The notes below the pieces were generated by a model, which worked only from the letters and a program-made list of their open reading frames with translations, ran no database searches and was not told the origin of the DNA. Position numbers and translations under genes: made by a program. A stretch of 64,000 nt of DNA. Source: Massalongia carnosa. Its lineage: Eukaryota. The stretch spans positions 1,612,001-1,676,000 of the forward strand of contig OZ287083.1 of the NCBI GenBank assembly GCA_965645245.1. The letters are read 5' to 3'. Position 1 is the stretch's first letter, and every line of letters starts with the position of its first letter. Positions 36,326-48,279 of this stretch are shown here, piece after piece.

Positions 36326-37007
36326 TATCTGCAGTGGAAGAAATCCTCATAAGAATCTTTCTAGGAGAGTTAAGATGATCAGGTAGTAGTAGAGTGAGTA
36401 TTTGAGAAAGAGAGGAGGATCAACGGTGTTAGGGTGTTAAAACGTGTCACAAGATGTCGAGGAATTATCTAAGTCGTCGCGACGAGAGGCCCAAAACCGC
36501 TACTCTTTCTCAAGCCTCGCTATTGGTTTCTTAGGTGTCTCTCGAGCTCATTCTCCCAGGAGGCCTAATACAAACTTATGTATCTAGGGATAAATCTGAT
36601 TGTCGATGAGGTTGAGATTTCTGTTTTACGACAGCTTTAGATATATTGGGGATAAATGCACAGGCCCAAGAATGCGGATAAAATGGCAGAGGAGCATGGT
36701 AGTAGACATTGATTTCTACGAGAAAAGGCGAATTTATTACAAAAAGATAGAAAAAACCAAATAACGCTCCATCTATTGTTGAGATGGTTCTATGTCACGT
36801 GAGGCCCCTGAGTCAAAGTAAATTAAGAATCACCCTCTGAAAATTCTTTCCTCATTCACTTCTTCTCACTCGGCCTCATCCATCTCACTGACTCGTCGTC
36901 GACCCCACGTTGTCTCGGTGCCCCTACCTCGCTGTCAGTGCTTGCTGCTTTTCCAATCTCACTGACTCGTCGTCGACCTCACGTTGTCTCGGTGCCCCTA
37001 CCTCCCA

Positions 37008-38021
37008 ATGACGAACACCCGTTCCCAAAGCACCTTGATGGACGACATAGTCCCCGACCCCCAGGAGATTGTCGGATTGACGCAGGCCCAATCCAATCAA
37101 ATCTTCGCCCTACAAAAGAAGAAAGCAGAGGCGGAAGCGAAGGCGGCCGAGGCTGAGGCTAGAATTGCCGAGTCCAAGGCATTGGTCGCCGAGAAGGAGG
37201 TGGAAAAAATGCAGCTAGAAATCGACTGCATGCGCCGAGAATCTGACGCCCGAATAGCGGCCGTCATTCCTGCTGGCAAGCCGAGTCGTGTCGTCGGCGA
37301 TGACGACGAGGACCTAGGTGAGATCCCTATCGAAGTAAGAAGCATAGCACCCCGTTTCGCGGGCCTACCACAGGACGAGATCATCAAGATCTTTTCAAAT
37401 AAATTCAAAGCCATCAACCTCTCCCGCCTCCGACACATGCACGGCATGCAATACGAGTCATACAAGGATCAAGACCGCATCGGCATCAAAGACGGCGCCT
37501 TGAGGTTGAGAAAGGCATCCGGGACCTACAAAGATTTCGGAAAGACAGTTCATGACGTCTGGACCGAGAGCTTCATCAACTACACCTCGATCATGGTCAG
37601 TCTTTTCGGGAAATCGAGTCAACAGCTTCACGCCACCATGTCGGCATTCCACGGAAAAATCCTCACGCTGGCCAAGGTGTACGAGTGGCAGGAAGCAGTC
37701 CTCCCCCTCGCCATCGAAACCCACACTCACATCATCGCGTCTCAGCCATCCGACGCATCCCAATGGAAAATGCCCGACGAATTCCAAGCTCGATTCTGCA
37801 CCCCCCTCACAGTCCTACGCCGTCGCCGCTCACGATCCCCGCCGTCCCGACGACCGACCCCGAGAGGAGACAGGGCCGAGAGGGCCGAGAAGGCAGCGGG
37901 GGAAATCTGCGACAAGTACAACAGCGGCACCTGCACCTGGCCGTCGTGCTACCGACAGCACAAATGCAAATCGTGCGGCGCGGCTGGGCATGGCCAGAAG
38001 ACATGCCCAACGAAGAAATAG
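37008..38021 (+). CDS. Gag-like ORF1 of the YR retrotransposon
   Basis: Coiled coil plus C-terminal CDKYNSGTCTWPSCYRQHKCKSCGAAGHGQKTC (CCCH + CCHC zinc knuckles). Confidence 0.75.
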   Translation: MTNTRSQSTLMDDIVPDPQEIVGLTQAQSNQIFALQKKKAEAEAKAAEAEARIAESKALVAEKEVEKMQLEIDCMRRESDARIAAVIPAGKPSRVVGDDDEDLGEIPIEVRSIAPRFAGLPQDEIIKIFSNKFKAINLSRLRHMHGMQYESYKDQDRIGIKDGALRLRKASGTYKDFGKTVHDVWTESFINYTSIMVSLFGKSSQQLHATMSAFHGKILTLAKVYEWQEAVLPLAIETHTHIIASQPSDASQWKMPDEFQARFCTPLTVLRRRRSRSPPSRRPTPRGDRAERAEKAAGEICDKYNSGTCTWPSCYRQHKCKSCGAAGHGQKTCPTKK

Positions 38022-38066
38022 GGGGTTGGTGCAGGAGGCAGTAGAATAGCTTCAATAGCTGATATC

Positions 38067-39650
38067 ATGACGTCCCATCCCTGCTTACCTGCACCAATCA
38101 GACCAAATACAATCCCTTCGTTTCAACTCGTAGACGCATCTCGTCAGCGTTTGAAAGACAGCCCATCTCCCCTCGTACCGTCCGCATGGGCAACCCTACT
38201 TCAAGAGTATCCGGGCCCCCTCCGAGTCCATCTGCCCATGATCCTTCGTTTCGGAGTACAAATCGGATACGAAGGCCCCACAGACATCCTTCGGATCGAA
38301 AAAAATCTGACATCAGCGAATGAGGACCCGGAAACGATCGAGAATAAGCTTCAAGAGGACCTCAGGAAGGGCCGAGTCAGACGAATAGCCGCCCCGAGTC
38401 AGCCATTTGTGGCCTCCCCCCTCGGCTTGGTCCCGAAACATGACGGAGGATGGCGACGCATTCATCATCTGTCTCATCCCAATCAAACATCAGTCAACGA
38501 CAACATTCCAGAAGAGGCATCCAAATTACAAATACGCCAGACTCGACGACATTATTCAATTGATTCTGTCAGAGGGCAAAGGTGCTGTCATAGTGAAAAG
38601 AGACGTCAAAGACGCCTTTCGAAACGTTCCCGTCGCACCTCATCATCAATGGCTTCTGGGTTTCGGATGGAATGACGAATTCTACACCGAGACATGCCTT
38701 TCGTTCGGACTGTCGACGGCCCCGTTCATCTTCAATCTTTTTGCGGAAGGCTTTCATTGGATTTTGGAAACCTTTCTACAATGGAGATTACATCACTATC
38801 TAGACGACTTCGTTGCAATTTTCCCATCCGAGACATCGTCAGAACGATTGCACCAAGAAATAAAAGCCTACAACATTCTCACCGACATTCTCGGCATCCC
38901 GAGAAACGACTCAAAAGACAAAGCTGGAAAAAGCGAGAATCATCACTACAAAGGCACTAAACGAGACGACAATCAGCCTCGGCGACATGCAGTCAATAGC
39001 GGGCTTCCTAAGCTTCTGCGCACAGGCAGTCAAATTGGGCCGAGTCTTCTTACGATTATTCTGGAATTTTATAGCCTCATTTCCCTCGGGCAGTCATCGT
39101 CGGGTCAAAAGAAGAATTCCCACATGGGTCAGACAGGATCTCATCTGGTGGAACAAACTTTTAGTGGACTTCAACGGTATTGTCTTCTTCGAGACGTCAA
39201 CACGAGACACGATCAAGGTGCATACGGATGCATGCCTCACGGGTCTCGGAGGCTATTTTCAACAAGACAACGAGCTCGTGAATCAAAAAAACGCATGTAG
39301 GGCCCGAGTCCTAGTCCTCAATCAGGAAGAATCACCGAGCATAAACGTCCGAGAAGTCGAGGCTATCCTTCTAATCCTTCAGAAATGGGCGCCGACATGG
39401 CGACATCGACAGATCCTTGTCTTTACCGACAGCAACACAGCATACACAGGATTCACGAATCTAACCCTCAAGGGACCGGCCAACGCGCCTCTACGAGAAA
39501 TACTGTCCATAGCTGCAAAGTGGGACATCGTACTACGTTGTCAATGAATCAGTGGCACTTCCAATGGACTAGCAGATGCCCTGTCACGTTTTGATGATGA
39601 AAGATTGGCTAACTTTTGCCCTCATTGGCAGAACCCATACAATTCGATGA
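38067..39650 (+). pseudogene. Reverse transcriptase / RNase H of the YR retrotransposon, disrupted
   Basis: SPLGLVPKHDGGWRRIHHLS, DVKDAFR, LSFGLSTAP, HYLDDF, TDAC..GLGG, INVRE, FTDS, N.LADALSR. Frameshifts at ~38530 and ~38925, stop at 39545. Confidence 0.88.
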
Positions 39651-40779
39651 ACCTCCCTCCACCTACCTATCCTCCACACCAGGGTCAGCCCTGGTAAAAC
39701 GCCTCGTCTGGCACGGACACTCGGCGGACACGAGAAAAGGGTACGGGACGGCGATCGACTCATACGAGCCATTCTGCGCGACGACGGGACGCACGTCGTG
39801 GCCTGCAACAACCGAGTCCCTCGAGGAATGGCTAGCCGGTCGACTATACGGGGGCGGCACACCCAAGCAGGGAAAGATAAAACCAGAGACGGCAGCGAGC
39901 TACCTCGCCGGCCTCAGATCATACCATGTAGACCGAGGATACGGCCTCACCCCATTCGAGGGGCCGAGACTTCAATTGATGCTGAAAGGGGGAAAAAGGA
40001 TCTTTTCTCAGACAAAAAGAAGACGCCTACCCATTTCAAAAGAATTACTGACAAAAATCATCAGTATTCCCGCTCATTCGGCCGAAGACCTCAACATCGA
40101 CGCGACATTCAAAGTTGCATGGGCAGGGTTCCTCAGACTCGGGGAAATCACCTACACTGTCGCCGATCGTAAGAAGACATCTTTTCAGAGATTGAAACCT
40201 ACACGAGATGACATCTCATTCGCCGAGAACGATCAATACGCGACATTACGTCTCAAAAGAAGCAAAACAGACACAAATCACTCAGGAGTTCAGATAGTGC
40301 TGGCAGCGACCAATAAGAGCACTTGCCCCGTGACAGCACTACGGCGTCTTTTCAGAAATGATCCTCAGCCATCTACATCCCCGCTTTTTCGTCTCGGCAC
40401 CGCATTCACCAGAGCCTCCGTCTTAGCATCCCTGAAAAAGAGACTGATAGCCGCCGGCATCAACGACTCGGCATACTCGGGACACAGCTTCAGAAAAGGA
40501 GCAGCACAACACGCCGCCGACCACGGGATGCTGGATGAGAGTATTCAGAGACTCGGAAGATGGTCATCAAACGCGTTTCAGCTATACTTTCAGACGTCCC
40601 AGGCCTCACTATTCAATTTGAACCTCAGTTTTCAAAAAGGCATCCCTCTGGCAGTCCCACGTGCTGTCGTCGCCGAGACGAATCCTACAAACTCCTACCC
40701 CTACTCAATTGGGCATTCCATTGGGCGTACAGGTCAACCAGGGCATCGATCCGGAGCGCCGCCGGGCACCTCCATCTAG
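39616..40779 (+). CDS. Tyrosine recombinase of the YR retrotransposon (open frame; true start uncertain)
   Basis: Catalytic residues FLRLGE (R), KRSKTD (K), GHSFRKG (HxxR), LGRWSS (W), FQLY (Y). Confidence 0.9.
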   Translation: MPSLAEPIQFDEPPSTYLSSTPGSALVKRLVWHGHSADTRKGYGTAIDSYEPFCATTGRTSWPATTESLEEWLAGRLYGGGTPKQGKIKPETAASYLAGLRSYHVDRGYGLTPFEGPRLQLMLKGGKRIFSQTKRRRLPISKELLTKIISIPAHSAEDLNIDATFKVAWAGFLRLGEITYTVADRKKTSFQRLKPTRDDISFAENDQYATLRLKRSKTDTNHSGVQIVLAATNKSTCPVTALRRLFRNDPQPSTSPLFRLGTAFTRASVLASLKKRLIAAGINDSAYSGHSFRKGAAQHAADHGMLDESIQRLGRWSSNAFQLYFQTSQASLFNLNLSFQKGIPLAVPRAVVAETNPTNSYPYSIGHSIGRTGQPGHRSGAPPGTSI

Positions 40780-41205
40780 ATCATCGCCGTCGGGCACTGC
40801 CGTCGGGCATCATCTATCGGATCGTTGAGTGTCAGCAGACGCCTCGGGCCTAGAAGATGAGGTTCTCACCTCAGCACCGACCCCGAGTCACGTGCCTAGG
40901 CCTGCCCGGGCTGACCTGTGTCGTTCCCATGCCCAATCAAATTCAAGCATTCAAATCAATTCATCCAATTAAAAGCCCCCCCCAGCGCAAGCGAAGGTAA
41001 CGGCACCGATAAGGGTCATAGAAGATGACTTTCCTATCGCACCTCATTAAGACATCTTCTTGCTTATTTGCGTGCCTATTTGCAACATCCTTATTCCGCA
41101 GTGAATCTACTCGATTTTGCTTGGAGTACCTTCAGAAAACCGAGAGGGAATGGCAGCGTCGTCAGAGTATTTGTAATGAGATATTTATAAAAAGGTATTA
41201 AATTT

Positions 41206-43836
41206 GGGTTCGGATACGGGGACACCGGGTAGGAATGCATGTACACCGGGCACTTGATGCATGTACACCGGGCACTTGATGCATGTACACCGGGCACTTG
41301 ATTCATATACACCCTCTTCCCAAAAAGGTAAAGGGCCGGCACATTTCGCACCACTTTACCTTTCTTGGTTAGCAGATGAAAAATCAGATGGTGATTTGAA
41401 AACTATGCGGCAATGAAGTTTTCAGCATTGATCTGTTGCATCTCATCAAGATTGATAAGATGACATCTTCTAGCTACTCGGTCGCAATTGCCTCGTCAGT
41501 CCTACCCCTTCTTCCCCTGCCCCCCCTGCCCCCCCTGCCCGCCTCGCCGACCTTTTTCGCCTTGTCCGCCTTGTCCGCCCTGTCCGCCCTGCCCGCCCTG
41601 CCCGCCCTGCCCGCCCTGCCCGCCCTGCCCGCCCTGCCCGCCCTGCCCGCCCTGCCCGCCCTAGTTGCTGCTTGAGTCGCAGGCCTGGATGAGGCACGAG
41701 TGCCTGCCACCTCACCTTCATCTCGTCGTCGCTCGCGCCCGCGCCCGCGCCCGCGTCCCGCTGGTGTAGCCTCGGCTCTTGCCAGAACTCGTTCGATATC
41801 CGCTGGCAGTTCATTCCCATGTTGCTCTGCTATTTCACCTTCAACGATTTCGAATTGAGATGGATTCCGATAGGTGGAGTTGTCCAATGCTTGTCTACGA
41901 TTCTCCGCCCCTGCAGGACGTCCTCGAGGTTGGACAACTGCTGGTTCTTCCACCTGAAGTAGCGGATCGAGAGCTGGACCATTGATTGGATCAGGTAAGG
42001 AAGATCTTTCAAACCTCCAATGAGGATGGACATCTTCCAAAATCAGACATCCCTCAGGTCCGAATAAACGTTCCTGCATTTTGTGACTGCATGGTAATCC
42101 GGTAGTAGTTGTAAAGCTTCCAGTGCAACGATTGACTGCCGTTGCTTGGTCCGTCAACAGTCTGTATTGATCATCCATTCTTCTCAATGCGTATGGGGTT
42201 ACGAACGCCGCGATGCGATTGAAAACTGGTTTTCGAAGATCCATAGAGTATCACATCTTCGCTTCGTCAAAGGCTATCATGTAATTTTGTCGCTCGTTGA
42301 TTAGAAGTAGGTTGATGCCATCTACAACTGTTTTCAAATCTCCTACAGCTCAGTCAGTATTGAATGTTTCTTAGGGTTGTACTCATTACCTGTTGATACT
42401 CTGAGATGACGTTTAAGAGCTGCGTGCCCCCCCTCACCTCTAGAAGTAGTTGTGGTTCCGAAATGTAACACCTGAAATTTCACGAAGCGACGATGAAAGG
42501 ACATGATGTACGTTTCTCGCAGATAATCCAAACATTTTTCATGCGTTAGATAGTAGGTGTCATTCATTCCCTGCCACGCCGACTCGTAATCAACTCTGGA
42601 AGCGGCGTATACAACAGAAGTCCAGGCGGATATGAAGTCATCCCATTCTTCTTTGGTATTGAAGTCCTTCTTGCAATTTGCCGTCACATTCTTGTTGATA
42701 TGCCAAAGACAGAGCAGATGATTCGTATTGGGAAAGATCAATCGCACGGCATTCATCAACCCACGCTCCATGTCGGTCACAACAACCACCGGATCTGGAA
42801 GTTGCAACTGCGCATACAACGACTTCAATTGTCCCAATGTCCACTCATAATCCACCTGCTTCTCCTTTGCCATGAAGCAAAACGCGACATAGAAATTAGT
42901 ATGTAGGGCCGTTTGCCCGCTGATGATCAGCAACGGAAGTTTATATCTGTTGGTTTTGTAGGTGCAATCCATGACCAGAACTTCATGATTGACCTTCAGT
43001 AGAGTTTGGGATGTTCCTCTCACGAAGAATAAGTGGGTGATCTGATTGCGAATGTCTTTCTGATAGTTGTACGTCCAGTCGTTTTGATCAAGTTCCTGCA
43101 TCAATGCCTGAACCGGGGTTAAAGGACCTAGAGTATCTCGTCTCAGCTGTGCCTTGATGTTGTAGATATCTCGAGGCTTGAATAACGGATTGTTGTTATC
43201 GGTGTCAATACGAAGGGTGGAGAGAATCTTAGAAGGAGCTGTTTGCACGGTCAATTGTCTAGAGATGTCGTTCTTAATCTCTTCAGTCATAGCCATTTTG
43301 CGTAACGTTGGATGCGATCCAGCAATTGTAGCTTCATGATTATGGAATGGGTTGATTACTTCCAATAACCAGGTTCCATCCACTCTGTTTCGCACCGCCG
43401 TGACCTTGAACTGACAATCGATGATTCGAGTATTGGTATGAGGTCTATCTCTGCCTCGAGGTATTCGATTGCTACCTCCCCTGTCGCAGCGCAACCAGAC
43501 TTTTCTCTTGATGCCAAGATCTGATTTCTTTGATCTAGCTGTGACCACCGCGTATCCTTCTGAGCCGGCGTGAGTATTGACGCTGAGAATGAGTTCTTCC
43601 AAGGTGGAAAAAACCTGGGCGTCGTGAGGAGGAGCCAGAGGCATGATTTGAGAATGACTGAGAAAGATGATGCATCAATTGAAAATTTCAAGATCTCATC
43701 TGATTTTTCATCTGCTAACCAAGAAAGGTAAAGTGGTGCGAAATGTGCCGGCCCTTTACCTTTTTGGGAAGAGGGTGTACATGCATCAAGTGCACGGTGT
43801 ACATGCATCCTACCCGGTGTCCCCGTATCCGAACCC
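41206..43836 (-). mobile_element. Mutator-like (MULE) DNA transposon
   Basis: TIRs GGGTTCGGATACGGGGACACCGGGTAGG (~140-190 bp). 8-bp TSD TTAAATTT at 41198-41205 and 43837-43844; empty site at ~21165. Confidence 0.93.
41474..43644 (-). pseudogene. MULE transposase (FAR1/WRKY-like + DDE), one intron, one nonsense codon
   Basis: MDCTYKTNRY, VVTDME, LLCLWHINKN, TTTSRGEG, TGLPCSH. Intron 42389-42343; TGA at ~42251-42253; C-terminal (RAG)n from a 9-bp tandem repeat at ~41560-41660. Confidence 0.85.
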
Positions 43837-44143
43837 TTAAATTTCACATAAAAGGTTGCTCTCTGGTAACATATTGAAATATCTGAGAAATTGTTCGCTG
43901 GACAATTTTGATCCTCCTGTTAAAGGAAATGAACTCACTTTCATCAAACACTGTCGATTCGTCAAAGTTACGCTTTCCCCAAATGGCATTATAACCACTG
44001 GTTGGCTCTGGAGATGGGATATAGAGATCGACACGACTGCACTCATCTTTCGAGTTCCATTCACGCCAGATCAAAAATCTTCGCCTCATGGCTTGTGCTT
44101 TTGTCAGAGATCACGGCTACGGCAACTCGCTTTGAAACTGAAA

Positions 44144-45415
44144 TCACAGGGCTCTGAGGTCCTTGCCAACAAGATATATGGGTATCTGCAAGAGGATGCA
44201 CGTGCAGAACAAGGAAACTATTGAGCCATAATTCGCTTGTAGCGTACTCATATGAGGCTTTGCATGTGTCGTGGAATAGTCAAGGAGCATTCTCGCCTCA
44301 AAGTCCACATAATTTGATAGAGCACAATCCGTAGCAGTCTCGGAAGAAGGCGGTGGAAGGGAAGAGGGTTCAGAATATTCCTCCTGATTCGCAGTGTTTG
44401 TGTAATGAGGCAGCACATTCGTTTCAATACCTGCCTCCCATGTACAGAAGAGGGAGTTTATCGAAGCTCCTGGATGAGTTATACTCGAAAAAGCCATTGA
44501 GCTATAAAGTGGCTGTTGATCAGAGAACGAATGATTCAGTTGCGACTGATCATCGCGTATGATTGGCTCCGAAGTAACTGTTTGTTCAAACAATCGGGAT
44601 GACTTCCCATCGTTCAAGTTGGCCCCTACCTGGGGTACCGCGTTGTAATCGATAGCTGCATCCCATCTGCAGAATAAAGAATCGGTCATGTCACGCCTCG
44701 TCTGACCCCCACCTGTAAGATACACAGAAGAGTCGTCAGGTTGTTGAAGGGATTGCTTCCCAACTAGTGTCATACTACTGCTCGAGTCTAATAATCACTT
44801 AAACCCCACGATCCGAAGACGTGTCTGAGGTTATTCAATGGTACAGTATCGTACGGCTTCGCTGGGCTGAAGCCACATATCGGGCATAAAGCTTTCGTGA
44901 CATCTCGTATACGCTGTAGACTCTTCTTCATATGATGGGGTTGGACAGGTTGTAGGCTCTAATGGCGGGATAATATCATCCTGGGGCTCGCAAAGAGCTT
45001 GTTTTGAGTGGATTGAGACTATGTTGGCCTTTCTCCTATGAGCTCTGCGGACATGCTAGTCCAAAAGACACCTTTGGTTAACAGTCTTTGGACATAGTAG
45101 GCAACGGAAGACTTTCTCGGAATCTTAAAAACCCCCATGAGCATGGCTAATAATGATTAGATTTCTTTCGATGTACGTACGCGAATCTTCATGCCTTTTC
45201 CACGTTGACTTTCGAAGGAATCGTTTCCCACAGACTCTGCAATAAGATGCTCCTAACGCTGCCGAAGAGAAGTTGATGGTCAGATAAGCTCTATGGATAT
45301 CGCACTTAGCACCAAATTCGCGAAGATGTTCTCTCAAAGAGTCTTTGCATCGACTACCAGAATATGTTCGAGAACATGAAGATACTGGACAATTCTCTCG
45401 ATCGGATTTCGACAT
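44144..45415 (-). pseudogene. C2H2 zinc-finger gene, copy B, disrupted
   Basis: Relative to copy A: CAG>TAG at ~45056 within the last finger and 1-bp insertions at ~44792 and ~44858. Confidence 0.8.
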
Positions 45416-45807
45416 GCTGAAGGGAGTATGTAAAACTGTCAAACACGGAGGATGCTCTTGGTTGGAGCGGTGCGGTGTTTAGTCAGCGGCCCAACTCAGC
45501 CATGATTCTCTAGTATCCAATTATCATCACGCAATTTGGAACAAGCCACTGTTTATCCTACTTTCCAATTGTTAGACTAGTATACAAACCATCGCTGTCA
45601 ATTCGATCCTCGATAGCTGAATAGTGACCATTATGTTGTTGATTGTTGTCGTGTTGAAGTTGAGGTGTAAAATGTTGAAAATGCGTCTTTGAGCCGGGTG
45701 GCCGGTAAGCACTGAGGGGTGCTCTCTGCATTCTGAAAGTGGTCTAGCACGATTACGGAGTACTCTAACATAAAAACCATCTTCTATCCCTCTCGAATTC
45801 AATCGAC

Positions 45808-47868
45808 ATGGCCGCTGACCAACGAAAACCTGACGCCCAGAAATCAGGGCGGCAAACTTTGAATCGTGAGATGTTCCATTCTAGTTCGTCCATTTCGCTT
45901 TTACTCACCTCTGAACAGAAAAGCGCCCTCAAGATATCACAAAGCATCAACCTCAAAAGAAGCGAGCGAACTTCCAAGACCAAACCATTCAGCAGCATTC
46001 ATTTTCCTCTCTGTCAACAAGCAATACTCACAGTTCGGTACATCCTCTATTCGTTTTAATGGCACCGTGGAAAATTAATCGTAAAAAAGTGTTCACAGGA
46101 CTTACCGACTTGCGAGAAGCCTTCAGGCCTAGACCAAAGACTCGATCAAAAGCGAAAGCGATCACAAGGGGTTGACGATCTAGTCCCTCAAACTAAGGGT
46201 CAGCCCTTTGATCTAGAGAGAAAGACTTTCACAAGCGAGACTGAAGAACATCATCAGCTACCATCACCATCAACAAGCAACCCACACCAGCAATCATCTG
46301 AGAAGAAAAGGAGGAGAGCTGTTTCCCCAGAATCGCGCTCGGAGGAAGTCAATAATCGCTCTCCGGAAAGGCGCAAGGCCTTACGGCAAACACCACAACA
46401 ATCAGGTACGAGTACATACAGTCCCATTTTTGAGAGGCCTGAAGAAGGGCACAAAGCCTCAGAAAGCGAAGAGGAAGAGAAAGACGATCCTATCAGCTAT
46501 TGGACCGCGAACCATACCTGGCCCGACAACTTTGCAGAGCCCCGTGCAATGTCTTTATCGAATAGCACCAACAAACGACAGCGAACGTCGGATCGTTCTC
46601 AAAGCAGCAAGGATGGAAAATCCCGGAGCTATTCTCAGAGCCGTAAAGATGGAGATGCCCCGCAGCAATATACCAAATCGTACGAAAATTACATTCTTAC
46701 ACAAGGTCTGGAAATGGATGATTACAAAGGCGAGAAACTTGTTTCTCTAGACAGCAAAGTGACTTGCAACGATCTTCAAAAGTTGACATACATGGCCATC
46801 TCTCCTACTGTTTATTCCAAGGTCGAAACACTAGAGGTGGTCAAACTCTGCCGAAACCGAAATGAAGCAATGATAAACCGAGATGTTACACCGTTGATTG
46901 TGCCGCCAATCAAAGCACTCTATCTCAAGAACGGAGTAAACCAGTTCGAGCATTTTACCGATGAGGTTAGCACGCAGTGGCATAAGAGTTGGGTTCTCGC
47001 AGGGCCTCGGCCTAAACCTGACCTGGCCGTTGGCTTTATCTCTTCTGCTTTTACAATAGCAGAAAATGAAAAATTGACCAACTATACATCCTTTGAAAAC
47101 TTAACGCGACCAACCGCCGAGTTGTGTTTCCCGTTCTTAATGTGCGAGGTCAAGTGCGGCAACGAAGGGCTTGACTGGGCTGACCGGCAGAATATGCACA
47201 GCTGCAGTGTGGCGGTCAAGGCTCTTCTCAAGCTTGAGCAAAAAGCAGATCAGTACCGAGAGGACAAGCAATTCGAGAGCTTGCTTGGCAATATCGTTGT
47301 CTATTCCATCTCACACGATCAAAAAGATGCCCGCCTCTACGGGCATTATGCCTTGGTTGAAGAAGAAAAATGGACGTATTATCGCCATCATATTCGGCAT
47401 TTCCACATTGCACACGAGGAGAGGGACCTGCTGGCCCTCCACAATTTTGCTCGCAATATCCTAGTGATACACGCTTCAAAACTGTTGAAACGGCTTCAGA
47501 AAGCAATCGCAGTTCTCCCGATCTCATCTACGCTATCATTCTCTGCAGGTACGATGAACTCGGAGGATGACTCGCGAGGCTTCCAACAACCCTCGCAGGG
47601 TCGAGATGCCGAAGGTTTCGCGACTCCCGTTCTTCCTGCCAGCGCCCAAAAACTGTTCGACGAGCAAAAGGAGCAGATGGACAAGCTCCTTCAGCAGATG
47701 GAACGGCAAAGGGAGGAGAACAAGGAGAAGGAGGAAAGGCAAAGGGAGGAGATGGAGCAGCAGAGGAAAGAGAACAAGGAGCAGATGGATGAGCTAAAGA
47801 AGGAAAAGGATGAGCTGAGGGAGCAAATCAAGGGACTCATGAACATACTCAAACAGACGAAGAGCTAG
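45808..47868 (+). CDS. PD-(D/E)xK nuclease-fold-like protein, copy B (~664 aa)
   Basis: Exons 45808-46032 and 46099-47868; same motifs as copy A, frame open, coiled-coil tail 43 aa shorter. Confidence 0.75.
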
Positions 47869-48279
47869 ATTTAGAATACTGGATGCTCATCCGGCTTGGT
47901 AGATAGGTATGTGGATTGTTTCGTGAACCATATTTTTAGAATCTAGGAATGATCCTAGAATCCTGACATGGTAGGTAGTCTCCGACGAGAGGGTTGAGAG
48001 ATGCAGTTACAGGGAAGAAGATGGGATAGGAACAGGTATTATCAGATCTCTTAGAACTTTGATTCCTGTCAAGCTTAGTATTGCTCTGAAGTAGCTAGAG
48101 ACTATCTAGTGTATGCTATGAGTATTAACATGAGTTGATTCTGGATGTCTCATAACGGCGATCTTCAGCTACCTTATATACTTTAGGTTCAATGAACCAT
48201 TCCCATGTGAACCCTTGACCGATATATTCAATAAGCATATCACGTGACATATGCGACGCCAAGATTTACGGCTATTAAC

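Larger units (their letters stand above)
36780..41022 (+). mobile_element. Tyrosine-recombinase retrotransposon (DIRS order, Ngaro-like)
   Basis: Order is gag-like ORF, RT/RNase H, overlapping YR ORF. Absent from the empty site CTATTGTAGATGACTT (~20985-21000). No LTRs and no methyltransferase domain. Confidence 0.9.

Noticed and set aside
39616..40779. Tyrosine recombinase as a Starship captain
   Set aside because: It is short, overlaps an RT/RNase H ORF and lies within a 4.2-kb insertion defined by an empty site. No DUF3435-type captain is visible, though one outside the window cannot be excluded.
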